Part shown: positions 9,301 through 19,199 of the stretch, piece by piece | Numbering within the stretch: position 1 is the first letter of the stretch | How the letters are laid out: each line of letters opens with the position of its first letter | Assembly: GCA_035528175.1 (NCBI GenBank) | Contig: DATKZC010000025.1 | Location: forward strand, 431-64,430 | Direction of reading: 5' to 3' | Source of the DNA: Minisyncoccota bacterium | GTDB taxonomy: Bacteria > Patescibacteriota > Minisyncoccia > RBG-13-40-8-A | DNA length: 64,000 nt | Program-made: the position numbers and the translations under genes | Notes under the pieces: generated by a model | Database searches by the model: none | What the model was told of the DNA's origin: nothing | Seen by the model: the letters and a program-made list of their open reading frames with translations, nothing else

Positions 9301-10395
9301 TTATCTCCCGCAGATTTCTACTGCTGCTAATTCTACATTAATTTGCGGGAATTTGGAAAATTTCATTTTATACAAAGTTTCAAGCAGAATATCAATCATT
9401 TTAGAAATCTCTGCCAGAGAAAACTCTTCTGACTGTTTTAAAGCGGTGTTTAACTGTTCCGCGCTTATCTCTTCTTTTATCAGTTTTAAAAGATCTTTGT
9501 CAACTCTTAAAAACATCAATTTTCTGGAATAATTTATCAATGACTCAATAAACTGTACTAAATCATATCCCTGATTCACAAATTTATCAATAAAACTTAG
9601 TACCTCGCTGGAGTTTTTCTTTGCCAATAAATCAATAAATTTTATTGCCAAATTGATATCAACAATACCCAGAATATTTTCAATATCTTCTACGGAAATT
9701 TCCTTATCGCCGCTAAACGCAATCACCTGCCCCAACATGCTTTCCGCATCGCGCATAAACCCTTCAGAATTTAAGGCAATAATCCTCAGTGCTTTATCGC
9801 TGATTTTAACTCCTTCTTTTCTGGCAACCATTTCCAGTTTTTTAATCACGTTCTGCAAAGATAATTTCCTGAAATCAAATCTCTGCACGCGCGAAAGAAT
9901 GGTTGGCAGCATTTTATGCGCTTCGGTTGTGGCAAGAATAAAAATGGCATGGGCTGGCGGTTCTTCTAATGTTTTCAACAGAGCGTTAAAAGCAGCTGGA
10001 GTTAATTGATGCGCTTCATCAATAATAAAAACCTTATACTTACCATGACTTGGAGCAAACCTGATTCTTTCTCTTAATTCCCGAACTTCATCAATTCCTC
10101 TATTTGAGGCAGCGTCGATTTCAATTAAGTCCATTGCCCTACTCTCTATAATCTCCAAACAGGATTCACACTTGTTGCACGGCTCAAAACCGGAATCGTC
10201 CTGGCAATTCACTGCTTTTGCCAAAAGCCGGGCTACTGTGGTCTTACCTGTTCCACGCGGTCCGGAAAATAAATAAGCATGAGCAACTTTATTGTTGTTT
10301 AAAGCACTGGTCAGGGTTTTTATAATATGGTCTTGACCAATTACCTCGGAAAACTTTTGAGGTCTATATTTGCGATAAATCACTAGTTCCGCCAT
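9301..10395 (-). CDS. dnaX: DNA polymerase III subunit gamma/tau, short form
   Basis: YRPQKFSEVIGQ, GPRGTGKTT Walker A, DEAH-like IIDEAHQL, and a CxxC...CxxC zinc module (CNKCESC). Confidence 0.85.
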   Translation of the reverse strand: MAELVIYRKYRPQKFSEVIGQDHIIKTLTSALNNNKVAHAYLFSGPRGTGKTTVARLLAKAVNCQDDSGFEPCNKCESCLEIIESRAMDLIEIDAASNRGIDEVRELRERIRFAPSHGKYKVFIIDEAHQLTPAAFNALLKTLEEPPAHAIFILATTEAHKMLPTILSRVQRFDFRKLSLQNVIKKLEMVARKEGVKISDKALRIIALNSEGFMRDAESMLGQVIAFSGDKEISVEDIENILGIVDINLAIKFIDLLAKKNSSEVLSFIDKFVNQGYDLVQFIESLINYSRKLMFLRVDKDLLKLIKEEISAEQLNTALKQSEEFSLAEISKMIDILLETLYKMKFSKFPQINVELAAVEICGR

Positions 10396-11053
10396 CTTTT
10401 TTATTAAATACGATAAATTTATAACCTACAAAATTCCACACCATTGAGACTACCGAAGCAATTGCCGCAGCAGCAATGGCCCACTGTTCTACATTTAATC
10501 CTCCTATTGCGGGAATGAGTTTAAAAATAGACGAAGCAATTCCGACATTAATCAGAAAACCGATAATCGAAACAATTAAAAACTGCATAAATTCTCTGCC
10601 TAGTTTTTCTGTAGTTTTCTTTTTAAATGTCCAGAATTTGTTCCAAATATAACTATTAATTGTAGCAATAATAAATGAGGTCGCCTTTAATAAAGTGAAA
10701 AGAATAATCGTTATAGAAAAAACCTCAAACAGGACCTTATCCGAATTAATACCGGAGCGCTTAAAGGCAAAGATAAAAAAACTTAATACTCCCCAATCAA
10801 CCAAAGTATTAAATCCGCCGACCAAGACAAACTTTGCCACCTCGTAAGCAACTTTAATCTTTTTGCTGATTATACTTGCCAAATAAAGAAAAATTAAACA
10901 CACAATCGGAAAAACTATCGGCAAAATTATAGTTATTAATCCGTGAATCTTATCGTACAAATCCGGATTTAAAACCCCTTTGACTACTGCCAAAATCAGC
11001 CAGGCAGCAATTTCACCTAAAACCAAAACCGCGATAACATCGTTTTTTTTCAT
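10364..11053 (-). CDS. GtrA-family membrane protein (polysaccharide synthesis/translocation accessory)
   Basis: FVLVGGFNTLVDWGV and FLIVSIIGFLINVG GtrA-like motifs, four TM helices. Its 3' end overlaps the dnaX start by 32 bp. Confidence 0.55.
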   Translation of the reverse strand: MKKNDVIAVLVLGEIAAWLILAVVKGVLNPDLYDKIHGLITIILPIVFPIVCLIFLYLASIISKKIKVAYEVAKFVLVGGFNTLVDWGVLSFFIFAFKRSGINSDKVLFEVFSITIILFTLLKATSFIIATINSYIWNKFWTFKKKTTEKLGREFMQFLIVSIIGFLINVGIASSIFKLIPAIGGLNVEQWAIAAAAIASVVSMVWNFVGYKFIVFNKKDGGTSDLSQI

Positions 11054-11075
11054 AAATTTTAATTTTTACTAATTA

Positions 11076-13529
11076 TTATTTTAAATTTATCTCTTCTGAT
11101 AAAGCGTCTGCGCCAGGGGCATTGTTCGCTTTAATTTTTGATCTTTCAAAAATTTCTTTATCAACAATTACTTTATCACGTCCGTATTTTATACGCGAAA
11201 GTTCCTTAATTCTTATTGCAATTTGAGAATCGCCCCTTGCCGGTGGATTGCATTTAATATTAAACGGCGTGCTAGTCATGTTATTTATCAATAATTTAAC
11301 ATAAGCATTAAAATTATCAATATTCAACAAATCCTGCGCGCTAAAAACCGGTTCAAATTGTTTTACTAAGAATTCTGCATCGTCAGCTCCAACTCTAAAA
11401 ACGGCCATACTACCAACATTTCCAAATACTGCGTCTTTAATTTTATCCTCCAATTGCCCAATAAATTGATGCGCTATAATTAAATTTAATTTATATTTTC
11501 TCGCTTCAGCTAAAATCGTTGAAATACTATCAGTTGTAAAATTCTGGAATTCGTCAATATAAAGATAAAAATCCGGCCTTTGATCTTCTGGGGTATCTAC
11601 TCTGGAAAAAGCTCCCATTAAAAATTTACCAACAATAATTAAACCCAATAAATAACTATTTAAATCACCCATTTTCCCTTTTGACAAGTTTGCTAAGAAA
11701 ATTTTCTTTTCATTCATTATTTTCCTAAAATCAAAAGCGCTTTTCTGCTGACACAAAATAGGACGCATGATATCGTTTGCTAAAAATATATTTGTTTTGG
11801 AAGTAATATAAGGAACAATATTTGCTAACGAGGCCTCTCCTCCTGCTTTTTCAGCTTCTTTTTCCCAAAAATCTTTAACTACAATATTGTTTGTTTTTGA
11901 AAGCTTATATTTTCTGAATTCCGCATCAACCAACACTTTAGGAACCTCTAAAAGCGTTGCACCTGATTCTGGATCATCCATAACCAATAATAACGCTCCT
12001 CTCATATACTGTTGGAATACCGGACCCATTCCCTCTGGCGCTTCAGGAAAGATTTTTTTGAAAATATTTATCATTTCATTGGCAAGAAAAGTTTTTTGTT
12101 CTGGGAATTTCGGATCATACTCAAGCATGTTTAAACCCATCGGTCTTTCAACGTCACCGGGATTAAAATAAATAACATCTTCCGCTCTTTCTGGAGGAAT
12201 CATGCCCAAAATATCATCAACATCTGAACCATGAGGGTCAATAAAACAAACACCTTTGCCATTCATAATGTCCTGCTTAATCATATTAATCATTAATTTT
12301 GTCTTACCTGTTCCGGTTTGACCAATAACATAAAAATGTCTGCGCCTATCATTTTCAGTCATTCTAATTTCTGTTTCCTCGCCCCTAAAAATATTCTTGC
12401 CGAGTAATACTCCCTCTTTGGAAATATTTATCGGCGGAACCGATTCTTTAGATTTTAACCATTTCATTTTTGGAGAACCAAGCGAAGTCAATGGAAAATG
12501 AAAAATACTTGCCACTTCCTCGCTGTTTAAAATCATTTTTTGCCTTTTACTGAATACTCTGAACGAAAAATAGAAAGAGAGTTTTTTTAAGCCGTTTTTC
12601 TTCATTTTTTCCAATCTTAAAGAATTAAGATTAGGCACGCCGAACTGATAAAAAGAACCTTCCATGTGGGATAAAAGTTCTGCTGACCTTTCCTGTGTAT
12701 TCCCGGAAAACAAGAGCCGAATATTCGCCTCAAATCCGGTTTTTGATATTTTTGATTGCAAAGATTTTATTGTTTCTTGGGCATCTAAAGTCATTTGCGA
12801 CTGGATTTGTGGTTCGCCTTCTTTTGGTTTTTTCGCAATTTTTCCCTTTACAGCATCGATAAAACTCTGCCCTCTATTCATTTTTCTTATAATGGATAAC
12901 CCGAATTTATCCCAGTTTTTCGAAGCTGGTTTTAAAATAATCTGCAATGCCCCACCCTCGCCGGTTTCTTCTATTTTGCTCAATGCAGTGGAAATATTTT
13001 CCAGAGGGTCGATTTCCAATTCTTTGTATGTTTTTATCGGCAAAATACTATTTTTTTCTAATTTTAAAAATCCTCCAGCGCAAGCTCCTTGAGGATTGAA
13101 AATATTGTAATCCTTAACCTTTTGCACGATAGCTTTCGGATAAAACCCGTAAATTTGTTTTTCCAAAAATGTTTCGTATTTTTTGGGAGCTGCCAGATAA
13201 AAAGAAATTTCTGCGCCAGAAAAGGGAACAGCCATTTCTAAAACAATATACGGCTGGCCATAGGAAAACTGAATTCTAGAACCCCTCTCTCTTAAAGACC
13301 CCAAACTTGATAAAAATTGCTCCATCACAGCAATCCTGTTTTTCTTTTCTTCGGCTGACAAATCCTCTTTTGTCTCTCTGGGTATCTTAATTAAAAATAA
13401 ACTCATATTCAGAGCCCTGACAATTAATCCCCTGCCCCTCGATCTTTCAACTAACAAAATAAACGCCAATCCGCCGATTAGAAGCACAATCAGCCCGCTG
13501 ACAATATAAATAAATTGCATTGTCTCCAT
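11076..13529 (-). CDS. Fusion protein: N-terminal membrane-anchored domain plus C-terminal TraD/TraG/VirD4-like type IV coupling-protein P-loop ATPase
   Basis: N-terminal TM, then about 380 aa similar in outline to the separate 429-aa protein at 21704-22993. C-terminal YVIGQTGTGKTK Walker A, FIDPHGSD, YLYIDEFQNF Walker B, and the LIIAHQF...FGNVGSMAVFRVG motif shared with the 513-aa ATPase at 20161-21702. Confidence 0.6.
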   Translation of the reverse strand: METMQFIYIVSGLIVLLIGGLAFILLVERSRGRGLIVRALNMSLFLIKIPRETKEDLSAEEKKNRIAVMEQFLSSLGSLRERGSRIQFSYGQPYIVLEMAVPFSGAEISFYLAAPKKYETFLEKQIYGFYPKAIVQKVKDYNIFNPQGACAGGFLKLEKNSILPIKTYKELEIDPLENISTALSKIEETGEGGALQIILKPASKNWDKFGLSIIRKMNRGQSFIDAVKGKIAKKPKEGEPQIQSQMTLDAQETIKSLQSKISKTGFEANIRLLFSGNTQERSAELLSHMEGSFYQFGVPNLNSLRLEKMKKNGLKKLSFYFSFRVFSKRQKMILNSEEVASIFHFPLTSLGSPKMKWLKSKESVPPINISKEGVLLGKNIFRGEETEIRMTENDRRRHFYVIGQTGTGKTKLMINMIKQDIMNGKGVCFIDPHGSDVDDILGMIPPERAEDVIYFNPGDVERPMGLNMLEYDPKFPEQKTFLANEMINIFKKIFPEAPEGMGPVFQQYMRGALLLVMDDPESGATLLEVPKVLVDAEFRKYKLSKTNNIVVKDFWEKEAEKAGGEASLANIVPYITSKTNIFLANDIMRPILCQQKSAFDFRKIMNEKKIFLANLSKGKMGDLNSYLLGLIIVGKFLMGAFSRVDTPEDQRPDFYLYIDEFQNFTTDSISTILAEARKYKLNLIIAHQFIGQLEDKIKDAVFGNVGSMAVFRVGADDAEFLVKQFEPVFSAQDLLNIDNFNAYVKLLINNMTSTPFNIKCNPPARGDSQIAIRIKELSRIKYGRDKVIVDKEIFERSKIKANNAPGADALSEEINLK

Positions 13530-13530
13530 A

Positions 13531-13905
13531 TTATATCGCTTTCAATTTTCCTTGTTCGACTAATTTTTTATAAAACTCATCTATTAAGGCATCGTGGAAT
13601 TCATCCAAAAGATAAGGATTGTCAAGATTTTTGGCGACCTCCACCGCTTCAATAACTCCCTTTTCAAAAGCCACTTCAATAAGAAGCTGAATCTGTCTGT
13701 CTTTTGGCTGGTCTTTTAATTTCTGCGCTGTTTGTATAGTAGCCTGCTGCTGGCCTGCTGCTGGCTGAGCTGTGGCTATTTTTTCGGAAATAGCTTCTTT
13801 TAGAATTTCTTTTTGCTTTTCTGAACTCAATTCGCCTTCTTTGATTTCTGATTGTTTTAAAATCTCGGCTTTTCTTGCCTCAAAATTTTTATATATTTCT
13901 TCCAT
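13531..13905 (-). CDS. Small acidic/Q-rich helical protein of unknown function
   Basis: 124 aa, fills the gap immediately upstream of the fused ATPase (a 1-bp intergenic gap suggests co-transcription). No recognisable motif. Confidence 0.35.
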   Translation of the reverse strand: MEEIYKNFEARKAEILKQSEIKEGELSSEKQKEILKEAISEKIATAQPAAGQQQATIQTAQKLKDQPKDRQIQLLIEVAFEKGVIEAVEVAKNLDNPYLLDEFHDALIDEFYKKLVEQGKLKAI

Positions 13906-13943
13906 ATCTATTATTGTACCATATTAAATGATATAATAAAAAT

Positions 13944-15737
13944 ATGAAAAAATATATACCTTTATTTTCGATTTTATTAATAATTCTGATGTTGGCCCTG
14001 GCAACCATCAGCCAAAAACAGGAATCAGCAATTATGGACGAGGTTGCCCACACTCCTGCGGGCTATTCTTATTTAACCCAAAAAGATATGCGTTTAAACC
14101 CAGAACATCCACCTTTATTAAAAGATTTGTCCGCCATTCCCGCACTTTTTATGAATAACCTGCCTGCTGGTAGGCAAGGTATCAACTTTCCGGAAGATTT
14201 AAAATCTTGGACAAGCGAAGTAAACAGTCAGTGGGATTTCGGGTTTAAATTTCTATACGAATCTAATAACAACGCTGATAAAATTATTTTCTGGTCCAGA
14301 ATTCCAATGCTTCTACTACTGATTCTTTTGGGGTTTTTCATTTATCGTTGGACAAAAGAATTATACGGAAAACTTCCCGCTCTGTTCGCAGTTTTCCTTT
14401 TTTCTTTTTCTCCAACATTCTTGGCGCACGGTCGTTATGTTACTACTGATGTCGGCGCTGCTTTCGCATTTTTCTTTGCTTCTTATTTCTTCATAAAATA
14501 CCTAAAGAACCAAAACGGAAAAAATCTGTTTTGGGCAGGAATAGCTTTTGGCATTGCCCAGCTTATAAAATTCTCTTTGATTCTGCTTGTCCCCTATTTT
14601 GGAATCTTGATTTTGATTTGGGTCTATATCAAATGGCGGGAAAACAGACAATTCTGGAAAACATTTTTTCATTATATTTTCAGATTTGCCCTGATTATGA
14701 TTATCGGCTATATTCTTGTTTATCCTGTTTATCTGTTCCATACTTATAATTACCCGCAGGAAAAACAAATTTCCGATACAACTTTCATTGCCTCGCAATT
14801 TCCAGTAAAACCAATCGGCGACCTGACAATTTGGATGTCTAAACAGCCAATTCTTAGGCCGTATGCCCAGTATGCTCTAGGATTATTTATGGTTTTCCAA
14901 AGAGCGACCGGTGGCAATACTACCTATTTCTTGGGAGATGTAACCAATAAGGGTTGGAAGAGTTATTTCCCGATTGTATATGCCATAAAAGAACCATTAA
15001 CATTACACATATTAACTATTATTGCTCTTTTGGTTCTGGCCGCTGGCGGCACTAGAAAAGCTTGGTCGCGAGCATTCGAGTCATTTTCAAATTTTCTGAA
15101 AAACCATTTTACAGAAATTGCAATGTTGATTTTCTTGGCAATTTACTGGGGCGCAAGTATTACCAGCAACTTAAATATCGGCATACGTCATATCCTCCCC
15201 ACATTTCCATTTATTTATGTGCTTGTTTCTGGCCAGATAAGGAAATTATTCAATCAAATCCATAATAAAAAAAGAGTTTTTATTACTTGTTGCCTATTAC
15301 TCGGCGCTTTATTGGCATGGTATGCGTTTTCATCCTTATCAATCTATCCTCATTACCTCGCTTATTTTAACGAATTAATTGGCGGCGCTAAAAACGGTTA
15401 TATATATGTAACCGACTCCAATCTCGACTGGGGACAAGACTTAAAACGTCTAGCAGAATGGGTTGAGAAAAATAACGTCCAAAAAATAAAAATAGATTAT
15501 TTCGGCGGGGCAACTGCGAAATATTATTTAGGAGACAAAGCTGAAGAATGGCATGCGGATTATGATCCGCAAAAAGCAAAAAACAGCTGGTTAGCTGTTT
15601 CCGCAACTTTTCTGCAGCAGAATCGCGCCATAGCGACAAAGGGATTTGAAAGAAGAACTGATTACTATGTCTGGCTTAACCAATACGAACCAGTAACCGT
15701 AATCGGGAATTCAATTTTTGTATATTATATTCCGTAA
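13944..15737 (+). CDS. PMT/ArnT-like polyprenyl-phosphate-sugar dependent glycosyltransferase (GT39/GT83 fold)
   Basis: N-terminal TM followed by DEVAHTPAG (the DE motif of PMT-family GT-C enzymes in the first extracytoplasmic loop), about 11 TM helices and a C-terminal soluble domain. Confidence 0.6.
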   Translation: MKKYIPLFSILLIILMLALATISQKQESAIMDEVAHTPAGYSYLTQKDMRLNPEHPPLLKDLSAIPALFMNNLPAGRQGINFPEDLKSWTSEVNSQWDFGFKFLYESNNNADKIIFWSRIPMLLLLILLGFFIYRWTKELYGKLPALFAVFLFSFSPTFLAHGRYVTTDVGAAFAFFFASYFFIKYLKNQNGKNLFWAGIAFGIAQLIKFSLILLVPYFGILILIWVYIKWRENRQFWKTFFHYIFRFALIMIIGYILVYPVYLFHTYNYPQEKQISDTTFIASQFPVKPIGDLTIWMSKQPILRPYAQYALGLFMVFQRATGGNTTYFLGDVTNKGWKSYFPIVYAIKEPLTLHILTIIALLVLAAGGTRKAWSRAFESFSNFLKNHFTEIAMLIFLAIYWGASITSNLNIGIRHILPTFPFIYVLVSGQIRKLFNQIHNKKRVFITCCLLLGALLAWYAFSSLSIYPHYLAYFNELIGGAKNGYIYVTDSNLDWGQDLKRLAEWVEKNNVQKIKIDYFGGATAKYYLGDKAEEWHADYDPQKAKNSWLAVSATFLQQNRAIATKGFERRTDYYVWLNQYEPVTVIGNSIFVYYIP

Positions 15738-16289
15738 TTACTTATAGTAAATTCTGTTTTCAATTCTTAAATCAATATACCGTAAGCTCATCCTGTTCTC
15801 GATTTTCTCATCTAAAGCCACTTTTAAAGCTAAAAGCTGGCTTTTTATGTCTCTCTTTAAACTAAACAGTATGTACCAACTCTCATTGGTCACAACCCTC
15901 AATACTTCTATTGGAAATAATTCTATATCAAAACTCGCGACCATTAAACCCATTTTAGAAAATAGTTCGTCTTTTGCCTGCAATAAAATATCCAGAAAAC
16001 TTTTATCTAAAACCTTATCTCCTAATTTGTAATCTTTTTGGGAATAATCTTTTATCAGCAAAATTAAACTGCCACTTGTTTGTGGCGCATCCTTAAAAAT
16101 AATTCCGTCTTTGTTAAAATAAAAACAACTGCCAGTATTGTCTTTACAAATAATACCTATCTCCTGCTCGTCTCTTATTTCTGGCTTCTTTTTAAATAAA
16201 CTCTCTCCGATGGATGAGAAAAATAAAACATAAACCAATCCAGCTAATATAAAAGGAGAGATAATCCAGCTTATTTTGTAACGATACAT
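15738..16289 (-). CDS. Membrane-anchored protein, possibly an FtsQ/DivIB-like cell-division protein
   Basis: Single N-terminal TM, about 160-aa periplasmic domain ending in LRYIDLRIENRIYYK, which resembles the FtsQ beta-domain C-terminus. Weak call. Confidence 0.3.
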   Translation of the reverse strand: MYRYKISWIISPFILAGLVYVLFFSSIGESLFKKKPEIRDEQEIGIICKDNTGSCFYFNKDGIIFKDAPQTSGSLILLIKDYSQKDYKLGDKVLDKSFLDILLQAKDELFSKMGLMVASFDIELFPIEVLRVVTNESWYILFSLKRDIKSQLLALKVALDEKIENRMSLRYIDLRIENRIYYK

Positions 16290-17497
16290 TTTATTCCGGT
16301 ATATTTTCTTAAAACCTTCGGAACTTTAATGCTTCCATCTTTTTGCTGATAATTTTCAATAATCGCAATTAATGTTCTACCAATTGCAAAAGCCGTGCCA
16401 TTCAAGGTGTGAACAAATTCCAATCCGTTTTTTGTTTTATATTTAATGTTTAATCTTCGCGCTTGAAAATCAGTACAACTAGAGGTGGAGTGCGTCTCGC
16501 GATACTCGTTCTGCCCCGGAAACCAAGCTTCAATATCATATTTAGCTGCAGCTGGATGGCCTAAATCTCCTGTGCACATTTGCACAACGCGATAGGGTAT
16601 TTTCAAAAGGTTCATCAGTTTTTCCTCCAAAGACAACAGAAATTTGTGTTCTTTTATTGAATCCTCCGGCTTACAAAAACTAAACATTTCAACCTTATCA
16701 AATTGATGAACTCTTAAAATTCCTTTTGTATCCTTGCCATAAGAACCCGCCTCCCTTCTAAAGCAGGTTGAAAATCCAACATATCTTTTTGGCAATTCAT
16801 TTTCATTAAAAATTTCGTCCGCGTGCATTGCGCCCAATGATTGTTCTGATGTGCCTATAAGATAAAGATTATCGCTATTGATATAATATGCTTCCTCGCT
16901 GTTCGTTTGCTCTATATAACCCATGCCCTTGGCCATTTCCGGCTTTATCATTACTGGTGGAATAACCGGAATAAATCCCTCTTTTCCTAAAACATCAAAA
17001 GCTAATCGCACTAATCCAAATTCCAGAATCGCTAAATCGCCTTTCAAATATCCGAAACGCGAGCCAGAAGTTTTAGCTGCGCGTTTCACGTCTATAATAT
17101 CCAGTTTTTCAGCTATTTCCATATAATCCCTTAGTCCTTTTTCTGTTTTGCCGACTGCTTTAATAACTTTATTTCCTGTTTCATTGCTGCCAATTGGCAC
17201 ATCGTCCAAGGGCAGGTTGGGTATTTGATTAAACGAAACCTGAAACTTTAAATTGAGTTCATCTCGTTTTTGCTCCCCCTTTTTTATATCGTCTTTTAGT
17301 TTTCTTAATTCTGCCTCTTTTTCTGGAGCATATTCCGTTCTTGCTCGTTGAGCTCTTAATTCTTCTGTTTTTTTAATTACCTCTCTTTTATTTTTATCTA
17401 ATTCCAAAACTTTATCAATATCAATTTTAGCGCCTTTGTTTTCGCAGGCCTTTTTCACTTTTTCTCGATTTTCGCGTAATAATTTAATATCAATCAT
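16271..17497 (-). CDS. serS: Seryl-tRNA synthetase
   Basis: N-terminal coiled-coil arm, class II motifs (FRREAGSYGKDTKGILRVHQFDKVE, GTAFAIGRTLIAIIENYQ). Confidence 0.9.
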   Translation of the reverse strand: MIDIKLLRENREKVKKACENKGAKIDIDKVLELDKNKREVIKKTEELRAQRARTEYAPEKEAELRKLKDDIKKGEQKRDELNLKFQVSFNQIPNLPLDDVPIGSNETGNKVIKAVGKTEKGLRDYMEIAEKLDIIDVKRAAKTSGSRFGYLKGDLAILEFGLVRLAFDVLGKEGFIPVIPPVMIKPEMAKGMGYIEQTNSEEAYYINSDNLYLIGTSEQSLGAMHADEIFNENELPKRYVGFSTCFRREAGSYGKDTKGILRVHQFDKVEMFSFCKPEDSIKEHKFLLSLEEKLMNLLKIPYRVVQMCTGDLGHPAAAKYDIEAWFPGQNEYRETHSTSSCTDFQARRLNIKYKTKNGLEFVHTLNGTAFAIGRTLIAIIENYQQKDGSIKVPKVLRKYTGIKCIVTK

Positions 17498-18830
17498 TGT
17501 TTTTTGGTTTCATTGTCGGAAATAAAATTATTTCCCGTACTGTTCTTGAATTAGTCAATAAAACCGTTAATCTATCAATGCCAACGCCAATGCCCGCAGC
17601 TGGCGGCATACCGTATTCCAACGCTTCAATAAAGTCCTTATCATACTGGTGTGCTTCCAGATTTCCTCCCCTCCTCTCTATTTCCTGCGCTTTAAATCTC
17701 TCCACTTGGTCAAATGGGTCATTTAATTCGGAAAATCCATTGGCAATTTCCAATCCATTAACAATTAATTGAAATCTCTCTACTTTTTGATTCTTGCCCT
17801 GAGCTTGTCGAAGAGGTTTCGCCAGAGGCGAAATTTCAATCGGGTGATTGATTATAAAAGTAGGTTCTTTAATTTTTGCAAAAACTTCTTTTTCATCTTT
17901 ATTACCGACAATTTTGCTGTATTCCGCTTTTTTAAACTTTTTTCCGAAAACCTTCTTATCCAGTGAACCTAATAATTTTTCCGTAAAATCCATCATTTTA
18001 TTATAATCCCAATAAGCTGCGTAAAACTCCAGCATAGTGAATTCTGGATTATGTTCCCTGTCCATGCCTTCGTTTCTAAAATTTCTGTTTAATTCATAAA
18101 CTTTTTCAAATCCACCAACTAATAACCTTTTTAAATACAATTCCGGCGCAATTCTTAAATATAAATCCATATCCAAGGCATTCAAATGCGTCTCAAACGG
18201 CCTAGCATTTGCTCCACCAGCCATTGTTTGTAGCATTGGAGTTTCAACTTCCAAAAATCCATTTTCATCCAATAATTTTCTGATTTTTTTGATAATTTCC
18301 GACCGCTTTATAAATTTATCTTTAACTTCTTTATTTATCATTAAATCCAGATATCTTTTTCTGAACCTTTCTTCAACATCTTCTAACCCATACCATTCAC
18401 TCGGCAATGGCAATAAAGATTTGGTTAAAATTTTCCAATCCGAAACCAATAAAGTTTTCTCGCCTTTTTTCGTTAAAAATAATTTACCAGTTGCTTGGAT
18501 AAAATCGCCGATATCCACATTTTCCAAAAACAGCTTATACTTCTTTTCGCCAATTTTGTCTTTTTTAAAATAAACTTGAATCTGCACACTTGTGGTGAGC
18601 GAAGTCGAACCATCTTCGATATGCGCAAAAGTCGAACCCCCGTGCTCCCTAATTGAACGCACCCTGCCAACTAAAGTAATTCTCTTATTTGCCAGTTTTT
18701 TGAAATCATTAATTGCCTCCTTATTTGTATGCGTACGCAAAACCTCAGCCGGATACGCATTAATCCCAGCTTTTTTCAAATTTTCAAGTTTTTCTATTCT
18801 AATTTTCCTTATTTCTTCTAAATTATCCAT
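17490..18830 (-). CDS. lysS: Lysyl-tRNA synthetase, class II
   Basis: N-terminal OB-fold anticodon-binding region, class II motifs (YELNRNFRNEGMDREHNPEFTMLEFY, GIGVGIDRLTVLLT). Confidence 0.9.
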   Translation of the reverse strand: MDNLEEIRKIRIEKLENLKKAGINAYPAEVLRTHTNKEAINDFKKLANKRITLVGRVRSIREHGGSTFAHIEDGSTSLTTSVQIQVYFKKDKIGEKKYKLFLENVDIGDFIQATGKLFLTKKGEKTLLVSDWKILTKSLLPLPSEWYGLEDVEERFRKRYLDLMINKEVKDKFIKRSEIIKKIRKLLDENGFLEVETPMLQTMAGGANARPFETHLNALDMDLYLRIAPELYLKRLLVGGFEKVYELNRNFRNEGMDREHNPEFTMLEFYAAYWDYNKMMDFTEKLLGSLDKKVFGKKFKKAEYSKIVGNKDEKEVFAKIKEPTFIINHPIEISPLAKPLRQAQGKNQKVERFQLIVNGLEIANGFSELNDPFDQVERFKAQEIERRGGNLEAHQYDKDFIEALEYGMPPAAGIGVGIDRLTVLLTNSRTVREIILFPTMKPKNND

Positions 18831-18856
18831 ATGATTTTATTATAGCATAATTTTAA

Positions 18857-18899
18857 AATAAAAAAACCCGCTGTTCGCTTTTGCTACTTAGCGGGTTTG
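18857..18899 (-). terminator. Rho-independent terminator for the small membrane-protein gene
   Basis: CCCGCT...AGCGGG stem (18867-18896). On the minus strand it is followed by UUUUUUUAUUUU. Confidence 0.6.
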
Positions 18900-18902
18900 A
18901 GT

Positions 18903-19199
18903 TCACTTTCCGGAAAGCCAGGTAAAAACCCCGGTCAGGGTTTGTTTGGAAAATATAAGGCACAGAATCTCAAATCCTCGATCCAAATTTCGATATATAA
19001 CAATAAAAAAGCCAACGAGCAGCGCCATGCCTAAAACAAAGACTGTCGGAGCAATGATCACGGTCATGATAAACTCAAAAATCATGGTGAGCATAGCTTC
19101 GTTGGATGCCACATGCCAGACTCCCAAGAACATGGCGAAGAGAATCGCCACGACTAAGGGAATCCTCCAAAGCATCCTGTTTCTCTGAATCAATTCCAT
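18903..19199 (-). CDS. Small (98 aa) hydrophobic membrane protein, 2-3 TM helices
   Basis: Near-consensus SD (AAAGGAGGA, 7 nt upstream), an upstream TTGACA box, its own terminator, and a sequence that is almost entirely TM helices. Confidence 0.5.
   Translation of the reverse strand: MELIQRNRMLWRIPLVVAILFAMFLGVWHVASNEAMLTMIFEFIMTVIIAPTVFVLGMALLVGFFIVIYRNLDRGFEILCLIFSKQTLTGVFTWLSGK

Noticed and set aside
11887-13092. Plus-strand ORFs of 94 and 142 aa inside the 817-aa ATPase gene, and similar internal ORFs throughout the track (for example 8070-8414, 9653-10009, 17497-17772, 21486-21854)
   Set aside because: All lie antisense or out of frame within long, motif-supported genes and have low-complexity translations. 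They were treated as non-coding shadow ORFs.
15738-16289. Confident FtsQ assignment for the 183-aa membrane protein
   Set aside because: Only the C-terminal strand motif and overall topology fit. No dcw-cluster neighbours such as ftsA or ftsZ are nearby. It is kept as a low-confidence call only.
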